Shown here: in pieces, positions 38,615 through 48,556 of the stretch | Position numbering within the stretch: position 1 is the stretch's first letter | Layout of the letters: each line of letters starts with the position of its first letter | Source of the DNA: a virus | Direction: 5' to 3' (one strand) | Length of the DNA: 64,000 nucleotides | Virus record (IMG/VR): IMGVR_UViG_3300016471_000988 | Location: 62,791-126,790 of that record | Notes under the pieces: generated by a model | Told to the model about the DNA's origin: nothing | What the model saw: the letters and a program-made list of their open reading frames with translations, nothing else | Database searches by the model: none | Position numbers and translations under genes: made by a program

Positions 38615-39403
38615 ATGGAATCCGAAACATTTGCCAAGTTTGGACCCAAATATAGAGTAGCAGTTTGCTTTACAGGTCCACGTGCATTAAAACTGTGTTT
38701 TCCAAAATTAAAAACTCACTTTTTTGATCAATGGAATATAGAACCAACGTATTTTTATCATGGACCTGCACACAAAGATTATGCTATAACTGACGTCATT
38801 CCAAATGTTATATGTAAAATTGAGGAAGATAGCCCCGCTACTGTCAAGCAGCTCAAAGATTGTCCCGTTAATGTAAGCGTTCTTAACTGGCAATGGTATA
38901 ATATAAAAAAATGTTTTGAACTAGCTTTTAATTACAAACACGACTTTGATTTTTTTATGCGTGTTCGAACTGATATATACCCTGTAGGTAAATCTCAGTT
39001 AAGATGGGATTATCGCAATCTTAGGCCCGATATGCTATATGTACCGATGAAGCTGGACTATGAATTGATTTGTGATCGATTTGCGTTTGGTACAAGAGAA
39101 ATAATGGAAGTGTATTCTGGATTGTACGATAGTAACACCTTTACAGAAACAACATTTAATAGCGAAAACCGTTTGCTTACACATCTAAAAAATCACAAAA
39201 TAAAAATTTGCTATTTGTTGGAAAATTTTGATCTAGACTTCTGCCATAAAGATGATAATGGTGTTATACGCTACGAGGGACCTGAAGTTCAGGAAAAACT
39301 TGTACATCTGGATGGGGAAAGTAATCATCAGTTTGATAATTTATGGTGGCCTAAGCCATCACAAATTCTAACAGCACCAGGTGGGCCGAGATACAAGCAA
39401 TGA
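38615..39403 (+). CDS. Putative glycosyltransferase-like protein
   Basis: VAVCFTG; MRVRTD; CDRFAFG. Start moved to ATG 38615. Confidence 0.55.
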   Translation: MESETFAKFGPKYRVAVCFTGPRALKLCFPKLKTHFFDQWNIEPTYFYHGPAHKDYAITDVIPNVICKIEEDSPATVKQLKDCPVNVSVLNWQWYNIKKCFELAFNYKHDFDFFMRVRTDIYPVGKSQLRWDYRNLRPDMLYVPMKLDYELICDRFAFGTREIMEVYSGLYDSNTFTETTFNSENRLLTHLKNHKIKICYLLENFDLDFCHKDDNGVIRYEGPEVQEKLVHLDGESNHQFDNLWWPKPSQILTAPGGPRYKQ

Positions 39404-40035
39404 GCTATGTTAAGCAAACTGTTAATACGGTTGCAGATAATTATATTCTCCAACGCTTGGCTATCGAAACGTGTGAAGGTGATGTCGATAGCAGTCAGCA
39501 CGTATTGACACTATTTGCATTGGCATGCTCTTTGAGAGCTAAGAGTGTTCTAGAGCTCGGTGTAAGGCATGGGTTTACTACATTACCACTCCTGGCGGCC
39601 ATGTGTATAACGGATGGTCATTTAACATCTGTTGATTTAGATCAACCAAAAGTTCTGCACCCAGAGTGGGAGCTAAAAGATTTTATGCTTGGCAGGTGGA
39701 CATTTGTTCAAAGCGATTCACTGAAATTCCTAAGCACGGCTCAGCCGCGCTACGATCTAGTTTATATCGATGATTGGCATGGTAGCGAACATGTTTACAA
39801 AGAGTTAAAGCTAATATCGCAATATACGGACAATAGATCGTTAATCGTATTACACGATCTGATGCATTCTAGCACACACCCTGAATATAATAAGAAAGAA
39901 TACCCACAAGGCAATGAATTCGAAGGGACTGGCCCATATGGTGGTGTAGAGAAATTTGTAAATGAAGCGCCGGGTGCTTATGAATATGTGACTGTCCCGG
40001 TATGCCACGGATTAACAATATTGCGCAAAAAATAA
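39400..40035 (+). CDS. Class I SAM-dependent methyltransferase (Methyltransf_24-like)
   Basis: LELGVRHG; SVD; YIDDWH; LHD. Confidence 0.82.
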   Translation: MSYVKQTVNTVADNYILQRLAIETCEGDVDSSQHVLTLFALACSLRAKSVLELGVRHGFTTLPLLAAMCITDGHLTSVDLDQPKVLHPEWELKDFMLGRWTFVQSDSLKFLSTAQPRYDLVYIDDWHGSEHVYKELKLISQYTDNRSLIVLHDLMHSSTHPEYNKKEYPQGNEFEGTGPYGGVEKFVNEAPGAYEYVTVPVCHGLTILRKK

Positions 40036-40866
40036 ATGAAATACCTTATTTTAGGATCTGCCGGCCAAATAGGCGAAGGCATGGTAGAGTATTATACTAG
40101 CACTGACGATTCTGTAGTAACGTTTGATATTGTTGATTCTTCTCACCAGGATTTGCGTATCTCAGGAGCAGCTGATGAGGCAATTAGACACAGTGATTTT
40201 GTATTTTTTCTTGCGTTCGATGTAGGCGGGTCAAGATACTTAAAGAAGTATCAACACACCTACGATTTCATTAGTAATAATATGAGTATTATCAGTAATA
40301 CATTTAATAGCTTAAAAAAATATAATAAGCCGTTTATTTTTGCGTCTAGTCAAATGTCAAATATGGACTATTCGCCGTACGGCGTTTTAAAAAGTATAGG
40401 GGAAAACTATACAAAAGTATTGAACGGATTGGTAGTTAAATTTTGGAATGTATACGGTTATGAAAGAAATAGAGAGAAGTCCCATGTGATTACAGATTTT
40501 ATTTTAGCCGCAAAAGCAAATAAACGTATAGAAATGCTGACCGATGGTCAAGAAGAGCGTCAGCTTTTATATGTTGAGGATTGCTGCAAATGCTTGGATT
40601 ATCTATCTAAACATTATGAAGCTATTTCGCGAGAAGAAAATCTTCATATAACTTCTTTTGAATGGATCAAGATTTTAGATGTTGCAAAGACGATCGCGAC
40701 ATTTTATCCAGGCACGGTGATACAGCCCTCACAAACAATAGACACAGTGCAACTCAATAAAAAAAATGAACCTAGCAAAGATATCTTTAAATACTGGCGG
40801 CCAGAAACTAATCTTAAAGAGGGGATTAGCAATATTATAAGAAAAATGGATAGGTATGATAACTGA
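40036..40866 (+). CDS. NAD-dependent epimerase/dehydratase
   Basis: GSAGQIG; FASS; YGVLK; WNVYG. Confidence 0.85.
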   Translation: MKYLILGSAGQIGEGMVEYYTSTDDSVVTFDIVDSSHQDLRISGAADEAIRHSDFVFFLAFDVGGSRYLKKYQHTYDFISNNMSIISNTFNSLKKYNKPFIFASSQMSNMDYSPYGVLKSIGENYTKVLNGLVVKFWNVYGYERNREKSHVITDFILAAKANKRIEMLTDGQEERQLLYVEDCCKCLDYLSKHYEAISREENLHITSFEWIKILDVAKTIATFYPGTVIQPSQTIDTVQLNKKNEPSKDIFKYWRPETNLKEGISNIIRKMDRYDN

Positions 40867-41731
40867 TCAAACATACTACCATATAACATTTCATCAGCAG
40901 CTAGACTGCTTGAGGTATCACATTGATAACGTTATGTCGTGGAAAGACAGTGGGCGATTAAACTTTGTTTTGACTTCAGCCCATTTAGATAATCTAGAAA
41001 AAATAAAGCAATATATTACAAATAAGTACCCTGAAAAAAAAGTAGAAACGGTAAAAATCCCCGTAGATAAAGGTTATAACTTAGGAACGATTACTAATGT
41101 TGTTGAGGGGTTAAGATACATAGCTGGCAAAGGTAGTTTTGATTATGTAATAAATGTGGAAGCAGATAATATGTTTTATTTTGAAAATAAGGTAAATAAA
41201 ATTCTTGATCTAATGAAACTTGAAAATAAGCATGTTTTAATAATTCCTGAGGGAGATGTAACCATAACAAATATTGGAAATGATATTTTTGGAAGGCGAG
41301 GTCTTAAGATAGGCTGCCACCTATCAAACAATATTCCAAAATACTATCACTTTACAACGCTAAACATGTTTAGTAAGGAATATCTAACTAACTTTTTTCC
41401 GTTTGAATACTATGACGATATTATAAATTTTAGCTGGGCCGGAAGACCTAATACCCCGTACGAAGATTATATGGGATTAGCAACAATGAAGAAGAATGCT
41501 CTCACAGAAGAGAGTCAGGTAGACTTTTACAGAAAGGTTGGTCTTAAGCTAGACTACAACATAGATCACTCACCTTTTGGTTGGAATGAGCCTGATAATA
41601 TGGTTCCGGACAAATTTATTAAATGGGGTATAATTAATGCACCATCCACTGCAGGGGGGTCGCAGCACGGTGATTGGACTAATTTAATAGGGTTTATTAA
41701 TAAACACAAACCACTTGTAGTAAATGACTAA
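40856..41731 (+). CDS. Hypothetical protein, possibly GT-A-like
   Basis: NVEADN; island context only. Confidence 0.5.
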   Translation: MITDQTYYHITFHQQLDCLRYHIDNVMSWKDSGRLNFVLTSAHLDNLEKIKQYITNKYPEKKVETVKIPVDKGYNLGTITNVVEGLRYIAGKGSFDYVINVEADNMFYFENKVNKILDLMKLENKHVLIIPEGDVTITNIGNDIFGRRGLKIGCHLSNNIPKYYHFTTLNMFSKEYLTNFFPFEYYDDIINFSWAGRPNTPYEDYMGLATMKKNALTEESQVDFYRKVGLKLDYNIDHSPFGWNEPDNMVPDKFIKWGIINAPSTAGGSQHGDWTNLIGFINKHKPLVVND

Positions 41732-42944
41732 GCCCCCTATCCTATCGCTCGGCGATAATAAACTAACAAACAATTACATATCGGTTCTCGATTTAGGTGA
41801 ACAACCATGGGGTAACGACTTTTTATCTAGCTCAGATAATTCAAAACAAAAGAAATACCCATTGCATTTGGTTTATTGTTACGATACCGAATTACTACAG
41901 TTGACACATTTTGTCCCGAAAGAAGTTATGTTTACGGAACATACTTACGTCACCACACCTACATTATTAGAAGATTTTTTAAATATTGCAAAGGAAAATA
42001 TTGCACAGTTTAATTTAAAAGATGGTGACATCATACTAGACATAGGCGGTAATGACGGCTCCCAGCTCCTACAATATAAAAAACTAGGTATTAATAGCGT
42101 TATAAATTTTGAATCTGCTAAAAATATAGCACAATTATCCGAAAAAAATAAAGTACTCTGTATTAACGAATTTTTTAATCTAACCACAGCTAAAAAGTTT
42201 CTAAATAAAGAATCAGTTAAACTTATAAACGCCTCCGGCGTTTTTTTTCATTTAGAGGAGCTACATAGCGTAATCGACGGAATAAACTACTGCCTGCATC
42301 AGGATGGGATATTTGTTGTCCAGTTTATGTATGCTGGAGCTATGATAGAAAATTTGAATTTTGACACTATTTACCATGAACACCTGTGTTACTATACCGT
42401 ACACAGTTTAGTTAAATTGTTAAAAAAATATAATTTGTATCTTGAGGATGGTTATTATACTGAATTACACAGCGGTAGTGTTGTAGCAAAATTTAGAAAA
42501 TATCCAACAGAAAAAACTGTACGGGCAAAACAATTAGTTGAAAGCGACAAAAAATATAATCTACAAGCCTTCCTGGATTTTGGTGATAAGATTAAGCTAC
42601 GGCGGAATAACCTTAGAGAAGTTCTTCAAAATCTTAAAGCACAAAATAAAAAAATATATGCATATGGTGCACCAGTCAAAGGAAGCACCTTAATGAATTA
42701 CATGGGTATCGATAACACGCTTATAGATAAAGCTGTAGAGGTTAACCCATTAAAAATCGGCACATATACACCTGGGAGCAATATACCTGTTGTCGCAGAA
42801 ACATCTACTGATTTGCCGGATTATTATCTATTGTTAGCGCATAACTTTGCTGACAAAATTATTGCAAAGAATTCTCATTTATTTCATAAAGGCGTAAAGT
42901 TTATTCTACCGTTTCCGGATGTTAAAATTATTGATAATGGTTAG
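41724..42944 (+). CDS. NDP-hexose C-methyltransferase-like protein
   Basis: LDLGEQP; DIGGNDG; DTIYHEHLCYY; YGAPVKG. Confidence 0.87.
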   Translation: MTKPPILSLGDNKLTNNYISVLDLGEQPWGNDFLSSSDNSKQKKYPLHLVYCYDTELLQLTHFVPKEVMFTEHTYVTTPTLLEDFLNIAKENIAQFNLKDGDIILDIGGNDGSQLLQYKKLGINSVINFESAKNIAQLSEKNKVLCINEFFNLTTAKKFLNKESVKLINASGVFFHLEELHSVIDGINYCLHQDGIFVVQFMYAGAMIENLNFDTIYHEHLCYYTVHSLVKLLKKYNLYLEDGYYTELHSGSVVAKFRKYPTEKTVRAKQLVESDKKYNLQAFLDFGDKIKLRRNNLREVLQNLKAQNKKIYAYGAPVKGSTLMNYMGIDNTLIDKAVEVNPLKIGTYTPGSNIPVVAETSTDLPDYYLLLAHNFADKIIAKNSHLFHKGVKFILPFPDVKIIDNG

Positions 42945-42978
42945 TTGCTTTAGACTGTTTTCAGGATAATATATAACT

Positions 42979-43512
42979 ATGATAGAATATAATATTGAAA
43001 CGGAGGATTCATCGATTCACTGGAAATATTTAAAGCCTGCAGGTAAGAACGTTTTAGATTTAGGGTGCGGGCGTTGGTGTGATAGAAATGGAAGTTGGGA
43101 CAATCTTGATCCGGCGGAATTTAGTCCAATATGGCTGGGCGCACAGGGGGCGCGAAAAGTTGTAGGGGTAGATTCTTCTGTAAACGAAATCAATATAATG
43201 AATGATTTGACAAAAGGCAAGGCAGAGGTATTTACCTTTATCTATCAGTCAATAACAAGCCCAGAGCAATTAAAACATTTGATTAATCTCTTTGATATTA
43301 ACGTAATTAAGAGTGATATTGAAAGAGCTGAAACAAATTTCTTCCATTTTACGAAGGAAGATTTTTCAAAAATTGAAGCTTTTGCAGTAGAGTATCACGA
43401 ACACTACATTAAAGATATGTTTTTAGCTAAACTACCGGAGTGGGGATTTAATATTACTGTCCACGGAAAGCTGTGGGTAGATGGCTTCGGTGTGTTATTT
43501 GCGGAAAAGTGA
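42979..43512 (+). CDS. SAM-dependent methyltransferase-like protein
   Basis: VLDLGCG; KSDIE; VEYH. Confidence 0.7.
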   Translation: MIEYNIETEDSSIHWKYLKPAGKNVLDLGCGRWCDRNGSWDNLDPAEFSPIWLGAQGARKVVGVDSSVNEINIMNDLTKGKAEVFTFIYQSITSPEQLKHLINLFDINVIKSDIERAETNFFHFTKEDFSKIEAFAVEYHEHYIKDMFLAKLPEWGFNITVHGKLWVDGFGVLFAEK

Positions 43513-44444
43513 AGATATTAATAACTGGTGCCGGTGGGTATATTGGCTCCGTTTTAACAGAAGAGTTGTTAAAAAGAGGCTATACTGTAACGGCTTATGA
43601 TAATTTGGCATATAATCAACTTTCTTTACTAGGATTTTTTGGTAACAAAAAATTTACCTTCGTTAGCGGTGACGTACGAGATCACGCCAAATTATTAAGC
43701 TGTGTTTATGAGCATGATGTAATAATACCGTTAGCGGCAATAGTAGGTGCTCCAGCGTGCGACAAGTTTAAAGTAGAGGCAACAGCGATTAATTTTACAC
43801 AAGTTGATACTATATTAAAAAATATCTCAAATAATCAACAAATTATTATACCCAATACAAATAGTCAATACGGCTCGAGTGAAGCAATAATAACAGAGGA
43901 TAGCCCGTTTAAACCTCTATCACATTATGCAAAAACAAAATGTGATGCAGAGAAGGCGTTATTCGATAGTAGCAACGGTATATCGCTAAGACTTGCTACA
44001 GTATTCGGAGTTTCACCACGTATGAGATTAGATTTGCTCGTGAATGATTTTACCGCGCGCGCATATACCGATAATTTTCTAGTATTGTTTGAATCACATT
44101 TTAAGAGAAACTTTATTCATGTAAGAGATGTTGCACAGGCATTTATTTTTATGATGAATAATTATACTAAATGTAATAATCAACCATACAATGTTGGCTT
44201 AAGCACAGCAAACCTAACAAAACTTGAGCTAGCCTTAGCAATCAAAAAATTTATACCTAATTTAGTGATAAAGGAAGATCAATTTGCGCAGGACAAAGAT
44301 AAGAGAAATTATATAGTTTCAAACGATAAAATAGAAAACGCAGGGTGGTCACCGAATTACAGTCTCGACGACGGAATAAGAGAAATATTAGCTGCAATGC
44401 CCATATTAAAAAATAAGCTTGACAAATCTTTTACTAATTTATGA
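43509..44444 (+). CDS. NAD-dependent epimerase/dehydratase
   Basis: ITGAGGYIG; YAKTK; LRLATVFG. GTG start at 43509. Confidence 0.88.
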   Translation: MKILITGAGGYIGSVLTEELLKRGYTVTAYDNLAYNQLSLLGFFGNKKFTFVSGDVRDHAKLLSCVYEHDVIIPLAAIVGAPACDKFKVEATAINFTQVDTILKNISNNQQIIIPNTNSQYGSSEAIITEDSPFKPLSHYAKTKCDAEKALFDSSNGISLRLATVFGVSPRMRLDLLVNDFTARAYTDNFLVLFESHFKRNFIHVRDVAQAFIFMMNNYTKCNNQPYNVGLSTANLTKLELALAIKKFIPNLVIKEDQFAQDKDKRNYIVSNDKIENAGWSPNYSLDDGIREILAAMPILKNKLDKSFTNL

Positions 44445-45145
44445 AGATATGTTTCTTCACTGTCAATCATAGCAGATCTGAATCATACAATTATCAAGCT
44501 AAATGTCTGAAGCGATTTACAAAAATAAAGAATTTCGATATTATTGTTTATGATAATTCCCCTATAGGCGGGGAGCAAATTAGCGCTGCATATAAAGATT
44601 TTAATAATGTTACCGTGTTAAGTAATCAGCGTAATGCCGGCTACCACCTAGGCCAGCTCTACGGTATTAATGAATGTTATCATCTTTTAAAAAATTACGA
44701 CTACGTGGTCCAGCATACGTCAGATACTTTTTTTGTTAGTGATAGCTTGCTTAGCGACTGGATAATAAATTTCGAAAAGCATAAGGGTGTAGGGTTAATG
44801 ACAAACCAATTCTTATTTCACCCAGAATCAAATCATCATGTGCGCGAACCAACACTATGCTATGGAACAGATGTATTTGTCTTTAAACCATCTCTTCTAG
44901 ATAAAGAATTTTGGCTAAAAACATTATCGTATGGAGATATTCCCCCAGAATTAATTCTCTATAAAGCATGCACGGATCTTAAAAAGCTTGTTTTTATATG
45001 GCCGCGAATGTTTGTAACTAATGAAGGCAGGCAGCTGTGTGCACCTGAAGCAAGTGACTTAAATGGTTATGATGCACGTTTTTTTGCTGATACAGTAAGT
45101 GTTATGCACACGCACAATCTAACATTTTTAGACAAATATTTATGA
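44441..45145 (+). CDS. Hypothetical protein, possibly GT-A-like
   Basis: IIVYDNS; HTSDTF; island context. Confidence 0.5.
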   Translation: MKICFFTVNHSRSESYNYQAKCLKRFTKIKNFDIIVYDNSPIGGEQISAAYKDFNNVTVLSNQRNAGYHLGQLYGINECYHLLKNYDYVVQHTSDTFFVSDSLLSDWIINFEKHKGVGLMTNQFLFHPESNHHVREPTLCYGTDVFVFKPSLLDKEFWLKTLSYGDIPPELILYKACTDLKKLVFIWPRMFVTNEGRQLCAPEASDLNGYDARFFADTVSVMHTHNLTFLDKYL

Positions 45146-46056
45146 ACGTATTAGTTACCGGCGCAACAGGGTTTCTCGGGCGACATTTATGCTCTAGGCT
45201 ATTGGAGCTTGGAGCAGATATATGGACATGCAATACAAAAATTGGTAACTTGCATGATTATAATGGTCTCGTTACATTATGCGTGGGTTTGAAGTTTGAT
45301 TATATTTTTCATCTCGCAGCAAGTACAAAGGCAGGGACATATTGTTTAAGTCATCAAGGTGATCAATATCTTGCAAATCTACAACTTAACACCAATATAT
45401 TAAAGTTTTGGCATGAACGTCAGCCACAAGCCAAATTAATTGCTATTGGAACCAGCTGCGGCTATGATCCAGGTCTAGAGAAAAAGGAAGATAATTTTCT
45501 TAAGGGCGAGCCATTCTATGATTTATATACCTATGCTATGACAAAACGTATGTTACTTTTAGGCGCACAAATGCTTAGTAAACAATACGGCCTCAAGTAT
45601 CTATACTATATACCTTCCACCTTATACGGTCCAATGTTTGATGTTGAGGATAGTCACTTTATCTTTGATTTAATAAAAAAAATATACGCAGGTAAAAATC
45701 ATAGCCAACCGGTTAAATTATGGGGGACTGGTAATCAGAAGCGCGAGCTGACATATGTGGGAGACGCTGTCAATATTATCATGCAAACTTTACATTTAGA
45801 AAATGAAAGTGTAAATTTATGTTGCGGTCAAGAATATAGCATTAAGCATTATGCAAATTTAATCTCAGACATTTATAATTATGATCAAACAAAAATCGAG
45901 TATGATACAACACAGTATGAAGGAGTGGCAAGCAAAGTACTATGTGCAGAAAAACTTCACAAGCTACTTCCAAACTACCAGTTTACACCTCTTGAAATTG
46001 GAATAAAAAATACTATCTATTATTATAATGAGAAAATATCTGCCAACGTTTTCTGA
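45142..46056 (+). CDS. fcl: GDP-L-fucose synthase-like epimerase/reductase
   Basis: TGATGFLG; HLAA; GTSCGY; YAMTK; WGTGNQKRE. Confidence 0.75.
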   Translation: MNVLVTGATGFLGRHLCSRLLELGADIWTCNTKIGNLHDYNGLVTLCVGLKFDYIFHLAASTKAGTYCLSHQGDQYLANLQLNTNILKFWHERQPQAKLIAIGTSCGYDPGLEKKEDNFLKGEPFYDLYTYAMTKRMLLLGAQMLSKQYGLKYLYYIPSTLYGPMFDVEDSHFIFDLIKKIYAGKNHSQPVKLWGTGNQKRELTYVGDAVNIIMQTLHLENESVNLCCGQEYSIKHYANLISDIYNYDQTKIEYDTTQYEGVASKVLCAEKLHKLLPNYQFTPLEIGIKNTIYYYNEKISANVF

Positions 46057-46438
46057 ATTAGTTGACAGATTGTCAATAACATTGCTCAAAGCAATTTTCA
46101 TTCCAGCGCATAAGCAGCAGTACGATCAGGAAATAAAAGATATAGAGCATGATTTAAATGAAATAATCACGGAGAAAGATATTAAATTTAACGCCACATT
46201 GATAAAGGCCGTTTGTATGGTAATGTTATCAAATAGATATATATGGGAAAACGAGAGCAAGTGTAGAAATGGCGAGTCGCAGGATTTGTCTTTACTTAAG
46301 TTGACGCATTCGATCAATGGTGTTAGAAATACAGCTAAAAACATAATAGCAACAGAAACAGGTGAACGAAAAGATCTAAAAGTCGACTGTCTTGCCGCAG
46401 AGCTCGTCTCAGATTATCAAAACTGGAAAGTTTTATGA
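46028..46438 (+). CDS. Hypothetical helical protein
   Basis: ELVDRLSI ... NGVRNTAKN; common in phage glycan loci. Confidence 0.6.
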   Translation: MRKYLPTFSELVDRLSITLLKAIFIPAHKQQYDQEIKDIEHDLNEIITEKDIKFNATLIKAVCMVMLSNRYIWENESKCRNGESQDLSLLKLTHSINGVRNTAKNIIATETGERKDLKVDCLAAELVSDYQNWKVL

Positions 46439-46752
46439 AACAATCATTCAAAGAATATTATACTCTATATCTAAAAAAACATACCAACCTAACAAACCGA
46501 AGACTGCATGTTGTAGGTCAACTTTTAACAATAGCTTATTTTTGTTTGGTAATATACTTGATGGCGACAAAAGGGTGGGTGTTTACTCCTTTATTGTTCT
46601 TGGTTCCTTTTATCGTTTACCCGTTTGCTTGGTCTGGACACTTTTTCTTTGAAAGAAATAAACCGGCTGCATTTAAAAATCCATGGAAAGCTAAAGCAGC
46701 TGACTGGGTAATGCTAAAGGATATTTTGCTAGGAAAAATAAAGCTTTGGTAA
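46435..46752 (+). CDS. DUF962/Mpo1-like membrane protein
   Basis: HTNLTNRRLH; AWSGHFFFERNKPA; DWVM; two hydrophobic helices. Confidence 0.8.
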   Translation: MKQSFKEYYTLYLKKHTNLTNRRLHVVGQLLTIAYFCLVIYLMATKGWVFTPLLFLVPFIVYPFAWSGHFFFERNKPAAFKNPWKAKAADWVMLKDILLGKIKLW

Positions 46753-47534
46753 TGAAAAAGAGAATATTAGTTGTTGGGGATGGATGTGAAGACATCTACA
46801 TTTACGGTAAATGCGAAAGACTCTGTCCTGATGCACCAGTACCTGTATTAATTCCTACTAAAAAAATCATTAACGGTGGAATGGCAAAAAATGTATATGA
46901 AAATATAAAATCAATATACCCGTATGTAGATTTAATAACAAATAAGAATTTAATATCTAAAACTAGATTTGTTCATGAACGAACAAATCAAATGTTTGTA
47001 AGGGTTGACGAGGGTGAGCATTTAGCAGAAAGGGTCAATATTCAAGACATTAATCTTAATAACTATGAATTAATTGTCTTGGCAGATTACTGTAAGGGCT
47101 TTTTGCGTGAAGAAGATATAGAATATATCTGCGCAAATCATAAGAATGTATTTTTAGATACAAAAAAAATTCTCGGCTCATATTGTCAGCAAGCACGTAT
47201 AATAAAGATAAATGAAGTTGAATATAACAGAAACGTTGAAGCAAAAATTGATTTGTCTAAATTTCATAACTCACTAATAACTACTTTAGGTGATAAAGGG
47301 TGTAGATATGAAAATATTCTATACGGTGTAGATGTAGTAGAGATAAAAGATATGACCGGTGCGGGCGATACATTTATGGCGTGTTTAGTTGTAAAGTATC
47401 TACAAACTGATAATATTGAGACGGCTATAACTTTTGCAAATGAATGCGCGACAACTGTAGTACAGCATAAAGGCGTTGTAAAGATAGGAGATCATTTTAA
47501 ATTAGGAAGTTTGTTAGTAGATTTTGAAAAGTAG
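46752..47534 (+). CDS. PfkB-family sugar kinase, RfaE/HldE kinase-domain-like
   Basis: VGD..EDIY; RLCPDAPVPV; DYCKG; DMTGAGDTF. Confidence 0.85.
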   Translation: MKKRILVVGDGCEDIYIYGKCERLCPDAPVPVLIPTKKIINGGMAKNVYENIKSIYPYVDLITNKNLISKTRFVHERTNQMFVRVDEGEHLAERVNIQDINLNNYELIVLADYCKGFLREEDIEYICANHKNVFLDTKKILGSYCQQARIIKINEVEYNRNVEAKIDLSKFHNSLITTLGDKGCRYENILYGVDVVEIKDMTGAGDTFMACLVVKYLQTDNIETAITFANECATTVVQHKGVVKIGDHFKLGSLLVDFEK

Positions 47535-47551
47535 GATATTAAAATTATATT

Positions 47552-48556
47552 ATGAAACATGTTGTTGTATGTGGTGGCGGTGGGTTTATCGGTGGGCATT
47601 TAATTGAATCACTGAAAAAACAAGGCAATTGGGTGCGGGGTGTAGATTTGAAGGAACCAGAGTTTAGACGTCTTTCAGCAGATGAATTTATAGTGGGTGA
47701 TTTAAGAGATCCGCAGTTTGCAAAAAAAGTTCTATATAAAAATAATTTCCGTGATATAGGGTTTACGGCCTCTAAGTTCTTAGAGCCTGTCGATGAAGTT
47801 TATCAATTAGCGGCGGATATGGGCGGCGCTGGTTATATATTTTCAGGCGAACATGATGCAGACGTTATGCATAATTCTGCAACTATTAATTTAAATATTG
47901 CTCATTATTGTGCAGAGCTAGGCATTAAAAAGATATTTTACAGCAGCAGTGCATGTATGTATCCGGAGCATAATCAGTTAGACCCTAACAACCCAAACTG
48001 TGAAGAAAGTTCTGCTTACCCTGCGAACCCTGACAGTGAATATGGTTGGGAAAAATTATTCAGCGAACGTATGTTTCTATCATTTAACCGTAATTATAAT
48101 CTCGATGTAAAGATAGCACGCTTTCATAATATATTTGGCCCGTACGGGTCTTATAACAATGGTAAAGAGAAGGCACCAGCAGCAATATGCAGAAAAGTTG
48201 CACAATCAGTAAATGATGGTGAAATAGAGATATGGGGCGACGGTGAGCAGACTAGAAGCTTTTTATATGTGGATGAATGCATAGAGGCAATCCACCGGTT
48301 AATGAAATCTGATTTTAATGGCCCAGTAAATGTTGGTTCAGAAGAAATGGTTACAATAAACAAGCTAGTCGACCTAGTTGCAGAGATTGCTAGTAAAAAA
48401 CTTACTAAAAAGCATATCCCTGGACCGCTCGGTGTGCGCGGTAGAAATTCTGATAATAAATTAATTCAAGAAAAGCTCGGATGGTCACCATCACAGCCTC
48501 TTGTTGATGGTCTTGCAAAGACGTACCGCTGGATTGAGAAGATGATTTATGCCTAG
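47552..48556 (+). CDS. GDP-mannose 3,5-epimerase-like protein
   Basis: GGGGFIG; QLAADMGGAG; YSSSACMYP; YGWEKL; KEKAPAA; WGDGEQTRSF. Confidence 0.88.
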   Translation: MKHVVVCGGGGFIGGHLIESLKKQGNWVRGVDLKEPEFRRLSADEFIVGDLRDPQFAKKVLYKNNFRDIGFTASKFLEPVDEVYQLAADMGGAGYIFSGEHDADVMHNSATINLNIAHYCAELGIKKIFYSSSACMYPEHNQLDPNNPNCEESSAYPANPDSEYGWEKLFSERMFLSFNRNYNLDVKIARFHNIFGPYGSYNNGKEKAPAAICRKVAQSVNDGEIEIWGDGEQTRSFLYVDECIEAIHRLMKSDFNGPVNVGSEEMVTINKLVDLVAEIASKKLTKKHIPGPLGVRGRNSDNKLIQEKLGWSPSQPLVDGLAKTYRWIEKMIYA

